A stretch of DNA of 64,000 nucleotides, from the NCBI RefSeq assembly GCF_009914755.1, contig NC_060942.1, one strand, 5' to 3'. This document shows positions 18,225 to 34,334 of the stretch, in pieces (positions within the stretch are counted from its first letter, which is position 1; the number at the start of each line of letters is the position of its first letter). Source of the DNA: the human T2T-CHM13v2.0 reference genome, Homo sapiens. The notes under the pieces were generated by a model. That model saw only the letters and a list, made by a program, of their open reading frames with translations, did no database searches and was not told where the DNA came from. The position numbers were made by a program, and so were the translations under genes.

Positions 18225-20112
18225 GAATCAAGCTCTCCAGATGCTGTTGGTCCTGAAAGACTGAATCAAATCAACCAATAGAGCACGTACAGTGGGAAGG
18301 GGGATATGGATGTCATCCAGACCAAGTGCCCATTCGGCACATAAGTCTCCTTGTAAGATCCCCAACATTCAGTCACCTGGACGCATGCGAGAGTGAGGCT
18401 AGTCACCCAGTGACACTGACGCGGAGCTCAGTACATCCTGGAAGAGGCCACCGCTCCCCCTTTGAACAGCTCTGTTTCATAATTCGTTGTAACCATCAGA
18501 GTAAACAAATCAGTGATTGGTCTGAGGGCATGGCATTGAGTTTATTTTCCTCAGTAACACAAATAAACAAGAATGTCTCCAATCAAGTAAATCTAAAGGT
18601 AATTGTGACACGTATGTTTAGCCTAGTTGAAACAGATCAGGTAACTGGGCCAGCGAAGAAAGGATACCTAAACCATATGAATAAGCTCACATGAAGCATC
18701 CACATTATGCAGAGTTTTTGCCCTCTTAAATAAATTTGCCACCGACATTTTAAAAAAAAAAAACCCTCAGATTGCTGATTCAGTACTGATCAGCAAATGC
18801 AGCATTTCAGCCAAAGGAGCTGGGTTTCATCGTTTGTATTAGAGTCATTGGGTATAGTGGATCTTTCTCCAGCCAGCTGACCTAGAGAGGGGGGATGTGG
18901 CATGGAGCTGAAATTGGCAACGTGAAAGTTGCTGAACTGCTCATATGGTTTGTGCAATTCGCTGAAATAGTAGAAGAACTAGCTTTCTAGATAGAAAATA
19001 TAGGCATTGTGTACTTGGAATGCGGAGTGTTAAAAAGTAATATCTTACCCATATTACAGGCTGCCCAGGTAATAAACTGACACTCATACCAGTTAAAAAA
19101 AAAAAAAAACACATTTTAGAGAACCACTTTTTCAGTTCTTAAGCACTATTTTCATCTTTAATATTTTCGTTTGTTTTTCAGTGTCTTTTTCTCAGAGGGA
19201 AAGTTTCTCCCTGAAATAGTGGAACAGTTTAAGGGTTTGTAATCCAAGTAAATAACCTAAATATATCTTCTCCACATGTACATGCTCAAGATTACAACTT
19301 GTATTCTCTGAGTTTAATAAGCACTACAGTTTGACTGTTTCTCATTAAAAAGAGAATGGGAGTAAGGTAGAAATTCAATAACTGTTCAAGTAAAATACAG
19401 CCATCCTAACATCTGTATTATATTAGAGGAGACACAAGACAAAACATTGACTCTTGAGGTTAAATCTAAATTTCCTGCTGCAGTCCTGAAAGAGTTTGAG
19501 AATCTAGATCAAAAAAGCAACAAAGAAAATGGGACTAAAAATGTCTTCAAGCATATTTCAAAAGCTATTGAATGCCTACACTTAGTTATTTCCTAGAAGC
19601 ACCAACTTAGTCAGCAACTACCCAATAGCCACAAACAAAAATAAATAAAAATTATGTGCCATGCTCAAATCCTTTTCCAAGTCAAAGAATATGCACCTGG
19701 AGTCTGGGTATCATAGAGGTGTCAAAGCACCTCCTCTGATTCTCATATCTCTTATGAGATGTTGTTGAATTTCCACATCTTCCTCTGTAATATATTTTTA
19801 CATCACCCTTGAATTTCAAAAGATATTATTTCAGCCTCCTTTTGGAATTGACTGATCTTTAATTTTATAACTCACACTGCAAGAAGAAAATCCAAGCTCT
19901 CAATGGGTCAGAGGGCAATAAGCAAGACAGACTATCACGGCAAAAACTAAAGAGCACGAAACCATGACCAGGATTCAGGATATTCTGTCCTTAAGCCTGG
20001 CTTGCAAGTCTACAACCTCTTCCTTGTCAAACTGGGGAGGTAAACTGAGTTTTAAGGAAGTAATGTTGACCTACTGTGTGGCTATGTGGAAGCTTCTCTA
20101 AAATGCTGCCAT

Positions 20113-20113
20113 T

Positions 20114-20163
<50 letters not shown>
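20113..20163. repeat. Compound microsatellite (TA)n(GA)n
   Basis: Directly visible. Confidence 0.95.
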
Positions 20164-20164
<1 letters not shown>

Positions 20165-20362
20165 GAAGAGTTTGTTATTGTTATACTGAACTCAGAATGA
20201 AATAGCCTCTCATACCAAATTCCAGGGGAGAGTGAGGTGCATATTTCTAAACCTTGCACATTAGAAAAATTTTCTCAACCATGAAGATTCTGATTTAATC
20301 AAGGAACTGGGATTAGAAGGAGAGATTTACCATGAAGTCATTTTAGACAAGTCTTATATCAA

Positions 20363-21215
<853 letters not shown>

Positions 21216-21532
21216 GTTCTGGAGGCCAGAAATCTGAAGTCAAGGTGCTGGTGTTGCTTTAAGCCATCCAGTTTGTTCTGTTGTTACAGCAGCCCTAGGA
21301 AACTAATACACTCATTATTTGGGGGCCATAGATTGAGCTGAGACCTGGTTAGATATTCACATTTTGAAATTATGCAGGTTGTAACACATTCCCTGAAACT
21401 GAAGTTCTTCAACTGATTGTCTTATTTCTGAAGTGACTTTGTAATTATTACTTTAGAATCATTTCATTGATAAAATGTATCATTGGGAATAAAGGAATTG
21501 TCTTTCTACTACAGTTATCATAAAGATCCTCT

Positions 21533-22203
21533 CATTGCAGAGAAACAGGAACACTTATACACTGTTGGTGGGAGTGCAAATTAGTTCTACCATTGCAGAA
21601 AGCAGTGTGGTGATTCCTCAAAGAGCTAAAAGCAGAATTACCACAGCAATCCCATTACTGGATATATACCCAAAGGAATATAAATCATTTTATTATAAAG
21701 ACACATGTACAATAATGTTCACTGCAGCACTATTCACAATAGCAAAGACATGGAATCAACTTAAATGCCCATCAATGACAGATTGGATAAAGAAAATGTG
21801 GCACATATACACCATGGAATACTATGCAGCCATAAAAAAGAAGGAGATCATGCCTTTTGCAGGAACACAGGTAGAGCTGAAGGCTGTTATCTTTAGCAAA
21901 CTAATGCAGGAACAGAAAACCAAATACTGCATGTTCTCACTTACAACTGGGAGCTAAATTATAAGAACTTATGAACACAAAGAAGGAAACAACAGACACG
22001 GGTCTACTTCAGTGGGGAGTGTGAGAGGAGGGAGAGGAATAGGAAAGATAACTATTGGGTACTGGGATTAATACCTGGGTGATGAAATAATCTGTACAAC
22101 AAACCCCCTTGACACGTGTTTACCTATACGACAAACCTTCATATATACCCTCAAACCTAAAAACCAAAAAAAAAAAGTTTAAAAAAACGAAAACCAAAAA
22201 CAA
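21533..22203 (+). mobile_element. 5'-truncated older L1P (L1PA13-16-like) 3' end
   Basis: ORF2 C-terminus remnant ([19 protein letters not shown]) and 3'UTR; TSD AAAGATCCTCT at 21522-21532 and 22204-22214. Confidence 0.9.
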
Positions 22204-22919
22204 AAAGATCCTCTGTTGTGAGTCCAAGAGAGGATGACTAAACAGCCTTATAATTTCTACAGGCAAGCTGGCCCACAAAGCTGAAGGTTAGAAAACATTC
22301 TGTACTATTAATTGGCAAGTACATGTTTGAACTGGATTCACAAAGGGGGAGAAACTTTGGAAAATCATTCAAATTTTCCAAGTATGACTAAATTCAACCT
22401 AATTGGATCAAATTTTATAAAAATGTCTGGCTTGAGTTACCTGGACCAGCTGCCTACAGTTCCTTACTTTCTAGAATAATATGCAACTAAGTTCTTGGCT
22501 TTGACAGCGTGGTACAAACCATATTCTAAAAGGTAACAAACAAGAGCTACTGTTTTAAAGTTTATACTTCAGGAATAAACTCAGTTCCTTTGCAGGCTGA
22601 GCAACTCAGCTTATTAGACCTTTCATAGATAGGAGGATGAGAACTGAGTCACATTTGGGCATGAAGGACTTTGAATTGTTTTCTTCCTGCTGTGCCTTCA
22701 GATCAGATGACATCTGCCCAGCCTCATTTCTTCCTAGAGCTAAATGTCAATAACTAAGTATTTCCATGACTGCACTGTACACCGGTCTAAAAAGAGAATA
22801 GTTAAAGTTTAAACACGCCTGTTAGTTACTGGATATTTTCCAGCAAATGAAGAATCACAATTAGCTAATCAGATAAACAAACGTCTTACTAACACTGCAA
22901 ATTACAATATTAGTCTATC

Positions 22920-23530
22920 ATCTATTGAGCAGTCTTACTAAAGCTCCAGATGTTTTTTAGACATTATCTCTAATCATCACAAAAACTATGCGAGGAAGAT
23001 GTTATTCTCCATTTTACTAGGGAGAAAATGAAGTTCAAAAGGCTGACTGGCAGAATTAGGGTTTAAACCGAGACCAGCCTGGCTGCAGACTAAGCCACTG
23101 AACAACTACCATTACAAACAGCTAGTTCCCACTACTTTCCAGAGCTTTACCTGTATTACCTGGGTCTTTAGTTTTCAGAATAATCCTCACAGATGGGTAT
23201 TGCTATGATCCTATGTCACTTATGACAGGACAGGAGTTCAGGAAGGTTAAGGGACTTTCTCAAGGTCTCACAGCTAGTGGGCTATGGAACTCGTTGAATT
23301 CCAAAGCCTTTCTTTCATTAATCTAAATACTTCCCTGTATTGAGCATTGGCCTAAGCTACTTAGAACCATTATAACCCACTCTACAAGGCAGTCCGTCTT
23401 CTCCCCATTTGCCATATGAGGAAGGTGAGGTTCACAGCGAAGACTGGACTTTTTGTGTCACAAAGCCATCAAGTGGCAGAGCTGGGGTGAGCAGCTGGGT
23501 CTGAGGATTCCAAGCCCATGCTCCTGCCAC
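22920..23530. mobile_element. Cluster of MIR fragments
   Basis: Repeated MIR core variants (attctccattttac...; aaggtctcacagctagt; agtggcagagctgggg). Confidence 0.65.
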
Positions 23531-24384
23531 TGCCCCAGGGTGCCTTGCACAGGACATTTAATAATTAAGCCAGTATCTTGTAGAACACCAGGCTAAGTGT
23601 CAAGGGCCTATTAAGGCAAAGGAGAGCACTTGAGGTAGCATAAAGGATTCAAGTGAAACAATTTGATGATACAGTAACAGGAAGAAAAAGTAAGATCCAA
23701 GGCAGCAAAAGGCGAGTTCACACTGCCAATGCACAGAGCAGCAAACATTCTCTATTTTCCAAGTAATCATGCTTTTAATTTGATTTGCATAAATTCAAAT
23801 AAATAAATAAATAGGTAAACATACATGAGTAGAGGAGGAAGGTATACCTTGCAAGAAATGAGCTTGGTATCAAGTGAGAGAGGCCAATATCAAGAATTTC
23901 TATTTGTTTTATTGATTTTACTTCAGTTTCAGAGGCTCATCCCTGCCCGTATTCCAACTCTTGTTTTCAGTAACAGAATTCTCCTGCCTCTAACCACAAT
24001 GTTGGTTTGGCAGGAAATGAGGAGAAGGTTCCTTTTGAATTCAGACTATTGCTCTATGATAAACTCTTCTCCCTTGGGTGAGAATCTGAAGTCCCTTTGC
24101 CAAAAAGGCAAAGAAAGGATAAGTTTACAAGACAATACTAGTCTTTCTGTTACATATTGCAGTGTTACAAAATACTTCCACATACATTCTCTCACTGGAT
24201 ACATCCTCTCACTTTAGCCTTAGGAGGCAGACAAAGGCTATATCATAATCCTCATTTTACTGAGAATAAAACTGAAATCCGATTAAGTGACTTCTTCAAG
24301 ATCATACTGCCAGTAAAACCCAGACTGGGACCCAGATATTCTGTTACTAAATCTCAGGTCCTTCCCATCCCATAATGTCACTAG

Positions 24385-24730
<346 letters not shown>

Positions 24731-25071
24731 TAATCATGATTACTTTGGGAACTAATGTTACCTAGGTCTCTGTCCTCCACCACTACATCCACCAGCCTCT
24801 TCACCCCACCGCTCACTGAGCATGGGGTTACCAGTCCTCTTAGTTCTGTCTAAACCCTCACTAAATCAGAATGCATAGTTCAGGCCAGACTGATTGGGGA
24901 AACTGAGACACATTTCTAACAGGACTTTCGCTTTTACAGCCTCATAATAACTACTATTGCAACATTATACTAAAAACAGTGCTGATGTTAATAATAATGA
25001 TAATAATTTATTAAGTTCTGATTATATGTCAGGTACTTTACATATTTAATCCTCTCCAAAACTTTATGATA

Positions 25072-25400
25072 GAAGGTCCACAATCCTTATCCACAATTCT
25101 GAAATACAAAAAGCTCTGAAAACCCAAGTATTTTTCCCTAAGTATATGGCAAACTCTTCTTGTGGTAAAACTTGACCTGAACCAACATGAATTTTTAAAA
25201 AATAATCTTCATTTATCCACTTAGAGTGAACATTCATACATTTTGCTGCCACACAGGTCACATGTTTGAATGAGGGAGTGCTGTCCTAGGCCCTCCTGTC
25301 ATGTCACATCTTATGTTCTTTGGAGTATATACACTTTTTTTCTTTCTAAAATCAAAATTATCTGAATACCAAAATACATCTGGCCACAAGAATTTCAAAG
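25072..25400. mobile_element. MER46/Tigger4-like DNA transposon fossil
   Basis: Ends resemble recalled MER46C termini (atccttatccacaattctgaaat...; aatacatctggccacaagaatttc). Confidence 0.5.
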
Positions 25401-25506
25401 ATCCCCACTTCTCAGATAAATAAACTGAGATTCAGAAAGAATACATTTTTAGTACACATCTCCTCTAAGTCATCAGAGCCCTTTTACTAATGTAATAGTC
25501 AATACT

Positions 25507-26025
25507 TGTTACAGGCTGAATTGTGTCCTCCCAAAAGTCATATGTTGAGACCCTAATCCCCAGCATGACTGTATTTAGATATGGGGCCTTTGAAGAGGTA
25601 ATTAAAGTTAAATGAGGTCATAAGAGTTGGGGCTTAATCCGATAGGGCAGGTGTCCTTATAAGAAGAGGAAGTGAAACCGTAGCACTCTCTCTCTCTCCC
25701 TCCCTCTTTATCCCCCTCCCCCTCCCTTCCTCCTTCCCTCCCTCTCTCCGTTTCCCGCCAATCCCTCCCCCACCCACTCCACCCCCATCCCCACTGTCTT
25801 CCTGCACAAACACAGAGGAAAGGTTGTGTGAGGACACAGCAAGAAGGCAGCCATCTACAAACCAGAAAGAGAGGCTTCACCAGAAACCAATCCTGATTTT
25901 GGGACCTTGGTCCTGGTCTCCTAGCTTCCAGAACTGTGAGAAAATAAATGTCTATTGTTTAAACCACTCAGTCTGTGGCAGTTTTTTTTTTTTTTTTTTT
26001 ATGGCCGCTCAAGCAAACTAATACA
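25507..26025 (+). mobile_element. MLT1A/B MaLR solo LTR with internal CT-rich expansion
   Basis: tgttacaggctgaattgtgtcctccc ... cttccagaactgtgagaaaataaat ... aactaataca. Confidence 0.88.
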
Positions 26026-26591
26026 AAATTTATTTATTTTTTTAATTGGGAAAAGGGTAGCTATTATGTCTTCATATAAGCTAATAGTTGTAGTTAAGTG
26101 GACCACTTCAATGTATACGCCCTTCAAACTATTTTAAAGGCCACTGGCTCATGGCTGATCTGAGAGAGCTGGGATTGCATTTATCATCTGTTGTCACCCT
26201 ATCCAGTCTTTCATGAGAAAAATTCAGCAAACAGCAATGATTTACTATGTGCCAGGCACTGTTCTAAGTGTTTCATGTATATTAACATGTTCAGCCTTCA
26301 CAACAACCCCTTGAGATAGACACTATTATATCCACTTTACAAATGATGAACTTGAGGCACAGAGAGGTTACATATATTGTCTCGCTAGTAAAACTGGCAG
26401 AGCAAGCATCTGAATCTCAGCAGAAACCAAACAGGAAAAAATCCTTTTCCTCATAGTGCTTATAGGGAAAGGTAGGGCAGAAGGCAAATAAATAAAATAA
26501 ATAAGCAAATTATATAGTAAAGTAAAAGGTTATAACTCCAATGGAGAGGAATTATCTAAGCGTTTAACAACTAGACCGGGCACTGTGGCTA

Positions 26592-26889
26592 GCTGGGCAC
26601 AGTGGCTCACACTTGTAATCCCAGCACTTTGGGAGGCCAAGGCCAGTGGATCACTTGAGGTTAGGAGTTCCAGACCAGCCTGGCCAACATGGTGAAACCC
26701 TGTCTTTACTAAAAATACAAAAATTAGCTGGGCGTAGTGGTGGGTATTTGTAATCCCAGGTACTCAGGAGGCTGAGGCAGGAGAATTGCTTGAACCTGGG
26801 AGGCAGAAGTTGCAGCGAGCCAGAATTGCACCACTGCACTCCAGCCTGGGCAACAAAGTGAGACCCTGTCTCAAAAAAAAAAAAAAAAA
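26592..26889 (+). mobile_element. AluS with a short duplicated 5' end at ~26575
   Basis: Dimeric Alu with polyA. Confidence 0.93.
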
Positions 26890-27039
26890 CGGTCTCACAC
26901 TGAATGGAATACCAGGTCTGGTGTCTGAAGGGTAAAAGAGAAATTTCAGCACAAATATACTAAATAATAAACTCAAAGCAATCAAAACAATGCCTAAAAA
27001 TAAATGTATTTGTTTAAAAAATACATAAGAACATTATGT

Positions 27040-29225
27040 AAAGCTACAGAAGAACTATGATGGAGTCACAGGGACCCGATTGTCCCCTCCTACCTGAAGG
27101 AATAAAAATTTTTAAAAACCAGACTATATATATGAAACGATGATTCTCAAGACATACTGGATATCAGGTGATGAAGGACAGTGATTTCTGAGAGATGAGA
27201 AACAAATGAAGTGAGCCCTGTGATTTACCCAGCCTACTGGCTTGAGAGAATTTGCAGGCCATGGTGCAGGGATGCGGAACCACAGTAGAACCCATTATGA
27301 GATGCCATTAAAGCAGTATTTGAAGACAAATGTGTAGCTCTAACTGCCTACAAGAGAAAGAGAAAAGAAGAAAGGTTTTCTTTGAAAACCTTTGAATCAA
27401 TAACCTCAGCTTCCACCTTAAACTGGAAAAGGAAGAGCAAATTCAACCCTAAGTAAGATGAAAAAAGAAGATGATAAAGAATAGAGTTGAAAATGATAAA
27501 GTGGAGAATGGAACAACAATAAAGAAAAATAGATGAAACCAAAACCTGGTTCTTTGAGAAGATGAATAAAATTGATAAATCTCTAGCCAGGCTGATCAGG
27601 GAAAAAAAGAGAGAAGAATCAAATTATCAATAATCAGGAATGAAAGTGGGGCTATCACTACATAGTCTACATATATTTAAAAGATTATAAGGAAATATTG
27701 TGAACAACTTTATGCCAATAAATTCAACAACTTAGATGGAATTAACATACTCCTTGAAAGACATAAACTACCAAAGCTCACTCAAGAAGAAACAGATAAC
27801 CTGAATACCCCTATAACTACTAAAGAAATTTAATTTATAGATTAAAATGTTCTGACCAAAAACAAAACAAAGAAACAAAACTTTTCAAGCCCAGCTGGCT
27901 TCACTGGTGCACAGGTGGATTCAACATTTTCTCAGCTACTAGGGAGGCTAAGGAAGATCACTTGAGCCCAGGAACTCGAAGCTGCAGTGAGTGGTGATTA
28001 TGCCACTGCACTCCAGCCTGAGTGACAGAGCTAGACAGTATCTCAAAAAGAAAGAGGTATCATAGACCAAAATATAAAACCAAAAACTATAAAACTTCTA
28101 GAATAAAACATAGATGAAAATCTTTATGACCTTGAATAAGACGAAGATTTCCTAGATACAATACTAAAAGTATTATCCATAAAACAACAAGTTGATAAAT
28201 TAGACTTCACAAAAACTAAAACCTGTTGAGATTAAAAGAAAAGCCACAGACTTGGAGAAAATATCTGCAAAACATATATCTTATAAAAGATTTGTATGCA
28301 GAACATAAAAAGAATTCTCAAAATTCTAAACTGAGAACACACAAACCAAATATAGATATGGGCAAAAGACATGAACAGACACTTTATCAAAGAAGATCTA
28401 CGAGTAGCAAATAAGTACATGAAAGGATGCTCACCCTCATTAGTAATTAGAGAAATACAATTAGAACAACAAGAGATAGCACTACATACCAAATAGAATG
28501 GCTAGAATTACAAAGACCCACAATAGTGAGCGTTAGGGATGGTAATGAGTACCTTTCATACACTGCTGGTGGGAACGTAAAACAGTATATTCACTTTGGA
28601 AAACAGTTTGTTAGTTTCTTCAAAAGTAAAGTATATACCTACCACATGATCCAGCCATTCCACTCACAAGTATTAATATTTATCCTAGAGAAAAGAAAGT
28701 GTACATCCATACAAAGACTTATCCACAAATGTTCATAGCAGCTTTGTTTGTAATAACTAAAAACTGGAAATAATTTAGATGCCCATTAACAGGTGAATGA
28801 TTAAACAAATTGTGATATATGCAGATAATGAATTACTCCTGAACAATGAGAAGGAATTTACTTATGATACACATAACAACCAGGGTAAATCTTAAAATAA
28901 TTATGCTAAATAAAAAAAGACAAAAAAGCTTTCATATATATGAAACTCAAGAAAATGCAAACTAATCTACAATGACAAAAAGCAGATCAGTGTTGCTGCC
29001 TGAGCTGAGGAAGGGGAAGATTAGGGTGGGAATCAAGAAGGAGCAATTATAAAAGGGCACCAAGGAAACTTTGAGGGATGATGGATATGCTCATTATCTT
29101 GTGTTGATGGTTTCATCAGTGTATACATAACACCAAAACTTACCCAGCACTATCTGCACATACTGTAAACATGAAGTTTATTATATGTCAATTGTAACTC
29201 AATAGATCATTTTTTAATTAAAACA
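27040..29225 (+). mobile_element. Old L1M fragments (ORF2 remnants and 3' end) with an Alu right-arm insertion at ~27935-28050
   Basis: Degenerate ORF2-like sequence (ctggttctttgagaagatgaataaaattgataaatctctagccagg) and L1M 3'UTR motifs. Confidence 0.8.
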
Positions 29226-29515
29226 TAAAAAACTAAACTGAATTTTTCTGTCAAATTTAGTGATATTATATTCCTTTTACAGAAAGGCATGACTGACTGC
29301 AAATAAATAAGTGGGCCCTGTACAAAAGCTAGGAAGGATTTAAAGTTCTTCAAAAGATTGTTATTAATGGGTCAGATTCAGAGACAATCAACTAGTTGAT
29401 TCTAGTTCAAGGAGGAAGAGATTTGCTATCTTTCTTTGCCTTCCTTATAAAAAAAAATCAAGATTTCAAATATTTTATAAACAACTTTTAGCACATTCAA
29501 TAAATTTGTTTATTA

Positions 29516-29866
29516 TGTATTCTGATTATCTACTGCTGCATCAAAGCCCACTCTAAAACTTGGCGTCTTAAATGCAGTTTGGGCAGAACTCAGCAGGAAC
29601 AGCTCATCTCTGCTTCACTCAGAGCAATTTAGACTGGGAGCTGGCACTATCTGAAGGTTCACTGATTCAGTTCTGATGGATGAAACTGGCTGTCAGCTGA
29701 GACCTCAGCTGGGGCTAGACCCACAACACCAAGCCTCTCCATGTGGCCTGGGCATCCTTACAACATGGTGACTCATCCCAAGAGAGAGTCAGTCAGAAGC
29801 TGTGTCACCTCTTTTAACCTAGTCTTTTAAGTCAAAGAATTTGCAGACAGTTTTTTAAACCACCAT
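29516..29866 (-). mobile_element. MLT1-type LTR
   Basis: tgtattctgattatctactgctgc...ctctccatgtggcctgggc...ttaaaccacca. Confidence 0.65.
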
Positions 29867-31319
29867 ACTGTGCTTATCAAAAATGCAGATTCCTCACCAT
29901 TCCTTTCAAATACATGGCCGTATCAGGAGCGTTAATAAAAGGAGCACTGCACCAAGACTCTGGGAAACTAGATTCAAATTCTGATACAGATTCAAGACTT
30001 TCAACATTTATGGATGTTAATTTTCCATGTTCAGAATAGGGACTAGAAAACTGGTGTGTTACAGATGAAGTTGAAGTGGGACAGAAGAACAGAGAGACGC
30101 AAGGAGACAGATTGCACAGTTCAAGTATTTAGCAGAGAAAGGTAGTGAAGGCAACTGGCAAAACGCTGTATCTAAACTCCAGTAAGATGCTTAAAACCAC
30201 TGATGGGTCAATCCCATGAAAGCAGAGTGGAGAAGAGTGGTAGGCCTGTCAGCAGCCACCAGCAGTGACATCTTGCAGCAGATAGCAGATGGCTTTGAGG
30301 CCACAATTGGGTTTTGGTACCCCTGTCCCTGGGCAGAACTGTGCTTCCTCTGGACCCTGAACTTTCTGCTATTATTGAATCAAATCATACAGAACTATCA
30401 TTGCATGCTTATATGACCAACTCTCCTGCTAAACAAATATGCTGCATATAGGCAGGGAATGTATTTTATTCATTTTTGAATCTCAGCACCTGTCACGTTA
30501 CCTTCATTGCCTGGGACTCAGCAGGTGCTCATGAACAAATGGAACTGAACTATCAAGGTCAGAATGGAAAACCAGTCTCAAAGGAGTAAGAGTTTAGGGC
30601 AGGTTGTCAGGCCAGGATTTAGAACTCAAGGTAATAAAGGCCCAGTTATTAGATGTTGTGTTGGTCTAAATTCTATAACCAAGACAGACCATCAGTGACC
30701 TGATTCAGTGCTGAGGTCCTGAGTATGAGTGGCAACAAGGCCAATCTGCCTGAACTCTTAAATAAGGGCTCCTTAATTTCCCCCAAAATGAATCCTAAAG
30801 CCTGGGGTATAAGCCCTCAGGAAGGGAACAAGTAGTAGGGATAGGAAGGTCTGTAGCTATCCCATGTGAAAGAGAGCAGCAGGCAGCCTGTGAGGCTCTT
30901 TCTGCTCTTTGCTTCTAAGATCATTCTGCTTGGAAACGGGGCTGCCTAAGACCCAGTACACTCTGGGTAACATGCCTGGGCATCTCCCACCGTGCCATGA
31001 GGCTTCTCCGGGCCAGACTTCTCTGCCGTGAGCCCATCTATCTGACTGCTTCTAGACACCCACAGGCATCCAATAGAGCTCATCGTCATCCCCCAAACCA
31101 GTGTGCTCCTCTGCATTCCCTGACACTGACTCCGAGCAACAGAATCGTCCCCAACCAGCTGGCCAAGCAGAAGCCAGGCCTTGATCATGACTTCTTGCCT
31201 CACTCATTCCCAACTTGCAGTCCTGTTCTTTATCATCACTCAACATGGTCTCCTCTTCCAAGACACCCTTCCCTGACCCTGAAAGAGTTGCTCTGCCCTC
31301 TCTCCTGTCTTCCCATGGC

Positions 31320-31366
31320 ATACCTTGATCATAACCTGCCATACCTTGATCATACCCTGCCATACT
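31320..31366. repeat. 21-bp tandem duplication (ataccttgatcata[a/c]cctgcc) x~2.3
   Basis: Directly visible. Confidence 0.85.
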
Positions 31367-34016
31367 TCCGACTTCCCCACTGGACCGGAAGTATCTTCCG
31401 ATCCTGGACCATGTGTTACTACACTGACCAAATGAAATGTTTGCTCAACAAATATTTGTTGGCCAATGAATGAACAAGCAAATTAATCCACAGTTCTTGT
31501 AAACCATGCCACCACCTAGCACTTCCTAACCCCCGACCCTTCTTCCTTTTTCTCCATAGCACTTACTGCCTTCTAACATATCATAAATTACCTTCTTTCT
31601 TTTGTGATCTCTTTGTTCTCAACACCACTCCTTGAATGTAAGCTCCATGACAAAAGGGATTTTTTTGTTGTTTTACTTCTGTATCCCAAGGGCATGAATT
31701 ATGCCTGGCACTTAGTAGGTACTTAATAAATATGAATGAATGCTGAGCCTGTGCTGCTCAGCAAGGTTCAGATGGCCATGGCATTGTCTCAGCAGCTATT
31801 CCCCTAGGTTCTCTAGCAGTCATGCCTCCCAGTGTGCTACCCTTTCCCCATCTGAGACTTACTTTCCTCGTTGGCCTGAACAACAGCTTATTTTAGGGCA
31901 GCTGCTACTGCTGCAGAATCAGCTACCAAAGAAAACACTTCTCATCTTAGCATCTGGAAAACTCACTTTGTGTTTCAACTCTTATGTGCTCATGTGCCAG
32001 CAAAAGTACCTTTTTCATTTTTTACAGTCAAATATTCAAGTGACTAGAAAATATTAGTTTCAAAATGCATTTATGAGGAACTAGTTGGTTCCTGAAAATT
32101 CAAATGTTTGTCAAATTTTAAGATTTTTTTTAGAATTTGGTTTCAGGGAATATTAAATTTTGATGTATGTTCCTAAGTCAGTGCTAGGAAAATCACCTCT
32201 ATTTTTATAATAACAAAGTCAAGGTTAGGGGCTGCCTACAGTCAGGAAAATTATGTTCTCTATCTTTTTAAAAAATTCATATGAGGTCTAAAATGCCACT
32301 AAAATGATGTTTTCAGGATTCCTTACATAAGAAAGGAAGAAACTACTGTTTTTCAGCACTTACCATATGCAGATACTTTAGATATGGCATACTGTTTAAT
32401 TCTCATGACTCTGGAATATAGGTATGACTACACCCATTTCAGAGTTGAAGAAATTCTAAATCAGAGCAGTTCAGTAATTAACGTGATATGTTAATCCTCA
32501 ACAAAAAGAAAGAGATCTGAAATTAATATGGCAAAATAAGATTTGACACAGATAAAGGGTGGGTAAGCAGTTGTTCTCGTATATATTTTTCTGTGAGCTC
32601 TGAGATACTTCCTAACCAAAAAAAAATCAATAAATGATGGCAATACTTCACCCTCATTACAGTGCCAATTAGGAGCAGAGCCCACATGCAAATTCACACC
32701 TGTTTGATTCAGAAGTCTATGTTTTTTCCACAATATTGTGCTTCCTCCCCCGAGTAGAAGCTATTATATATGCTTGAAATAATATATAACCAAGTTAGAA
32801 GACCTGCAAGGTCAGTGTAACTCATCATTAAATAGAATTCGTATTAGCAGTACTAATAATACAAACGTGACAAATATTTTGGATTCATATACTACCTTTT
32901 ATCCAAATCATTGAGATGATTCCATAACCCTAGACAAGGAGATTTGGAAAAGTATCCCCGTTCCTATGCATCTTAGGCTATTGCCTATAAGCTTAAAACC
33001 AGAATCTCTTTCTTACAATTCAAGACAGAATTAAAAATAAGGAGCATTAAATTTAGGAAATTTTATGGTCAAAGAAGAAAATGTGAATAAACCAAAGAAA
33101 GTAAGTAGGTAGGAGGTAGCTGGGAGTGAGTTCTGGAAGAGGAGTGAGAGAGAATTTTGAGACTCAAAGAATAAGAATAGGAAAGAGTGGGAGGGAAATG
33201 ATTATATAAAGAAAAAAAGCATTAAAACAAGCAGAAAGTGAGGTGAAGTCTGAAGGTGGAGAAAGACAAGAGTTAGAGAAAAGAAAAGGAGAAGAAAAAT
33301 TAAAAATTAAAAGAGAGGGGTAAAGAAATCGTGAGGTAAAATGAATGGTAAAAAGGAGAAGGCAGACACAGGCTACCAGTCATTTCAGAAATTAGTCCCA
33401 TGTCCTGCCATGTGGGCTTTTCCCTGGCTTTACTTATAGTTACAAGATAGCAACTTTGAGTGATACATTTTGCAATAGCAAGGTAATAAATTAAAAGCAT
33501 CAATGAGCAAACAGACCTCTCACAATGAAAATTAAGCACTGAGGAATGCTAATTTCAATTCCTACATGACATAATGCTTAGAAATGTGGCGTGTGGCACC
33601 TAAACATGATGTTGTTCTGGAACCATTTTCAATTCTGCAGCGAGCCTCCAGACCGCAGGCTGCTGCTACGGACTTGATTTCTTCCATCCCTAGTCCAGTC
33701 CACCAAGCTGTGGATTGGAATCTGACTCCATCTTTACTACCAAACAAGCAGGAGGAATCTTCATAGCATACCCCTAAACCCACACCCTCTCCTACCAGCA
33801 TTCTTAACCAGCGTGATGATGCGTGGAGCATCGCATCACATCAGCGGGAACACACATCAGTGAAAAGGTGCACTGTTATGAATGAGTTTTTCTTTCTCTT
33901 TTTCAGGGGATTTTTTTTTTCAGAGATTTGCTCTGTCATACATACAATCATAATTTGTCAATTAAGAAAATTTTTCAAAAAAATTAACCATATGCCAGAT
34001 GATCTATTAAAGATGA

Positions 34017-34334
<318 letters not shown>

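Noticed and set aside
22468-22525. 58-nt AG/GT-bounded minus-strand segment considered as exon 7
   Set aside because: The 49-nt exon at 17640-17688 fits size, phase and peptide much better.
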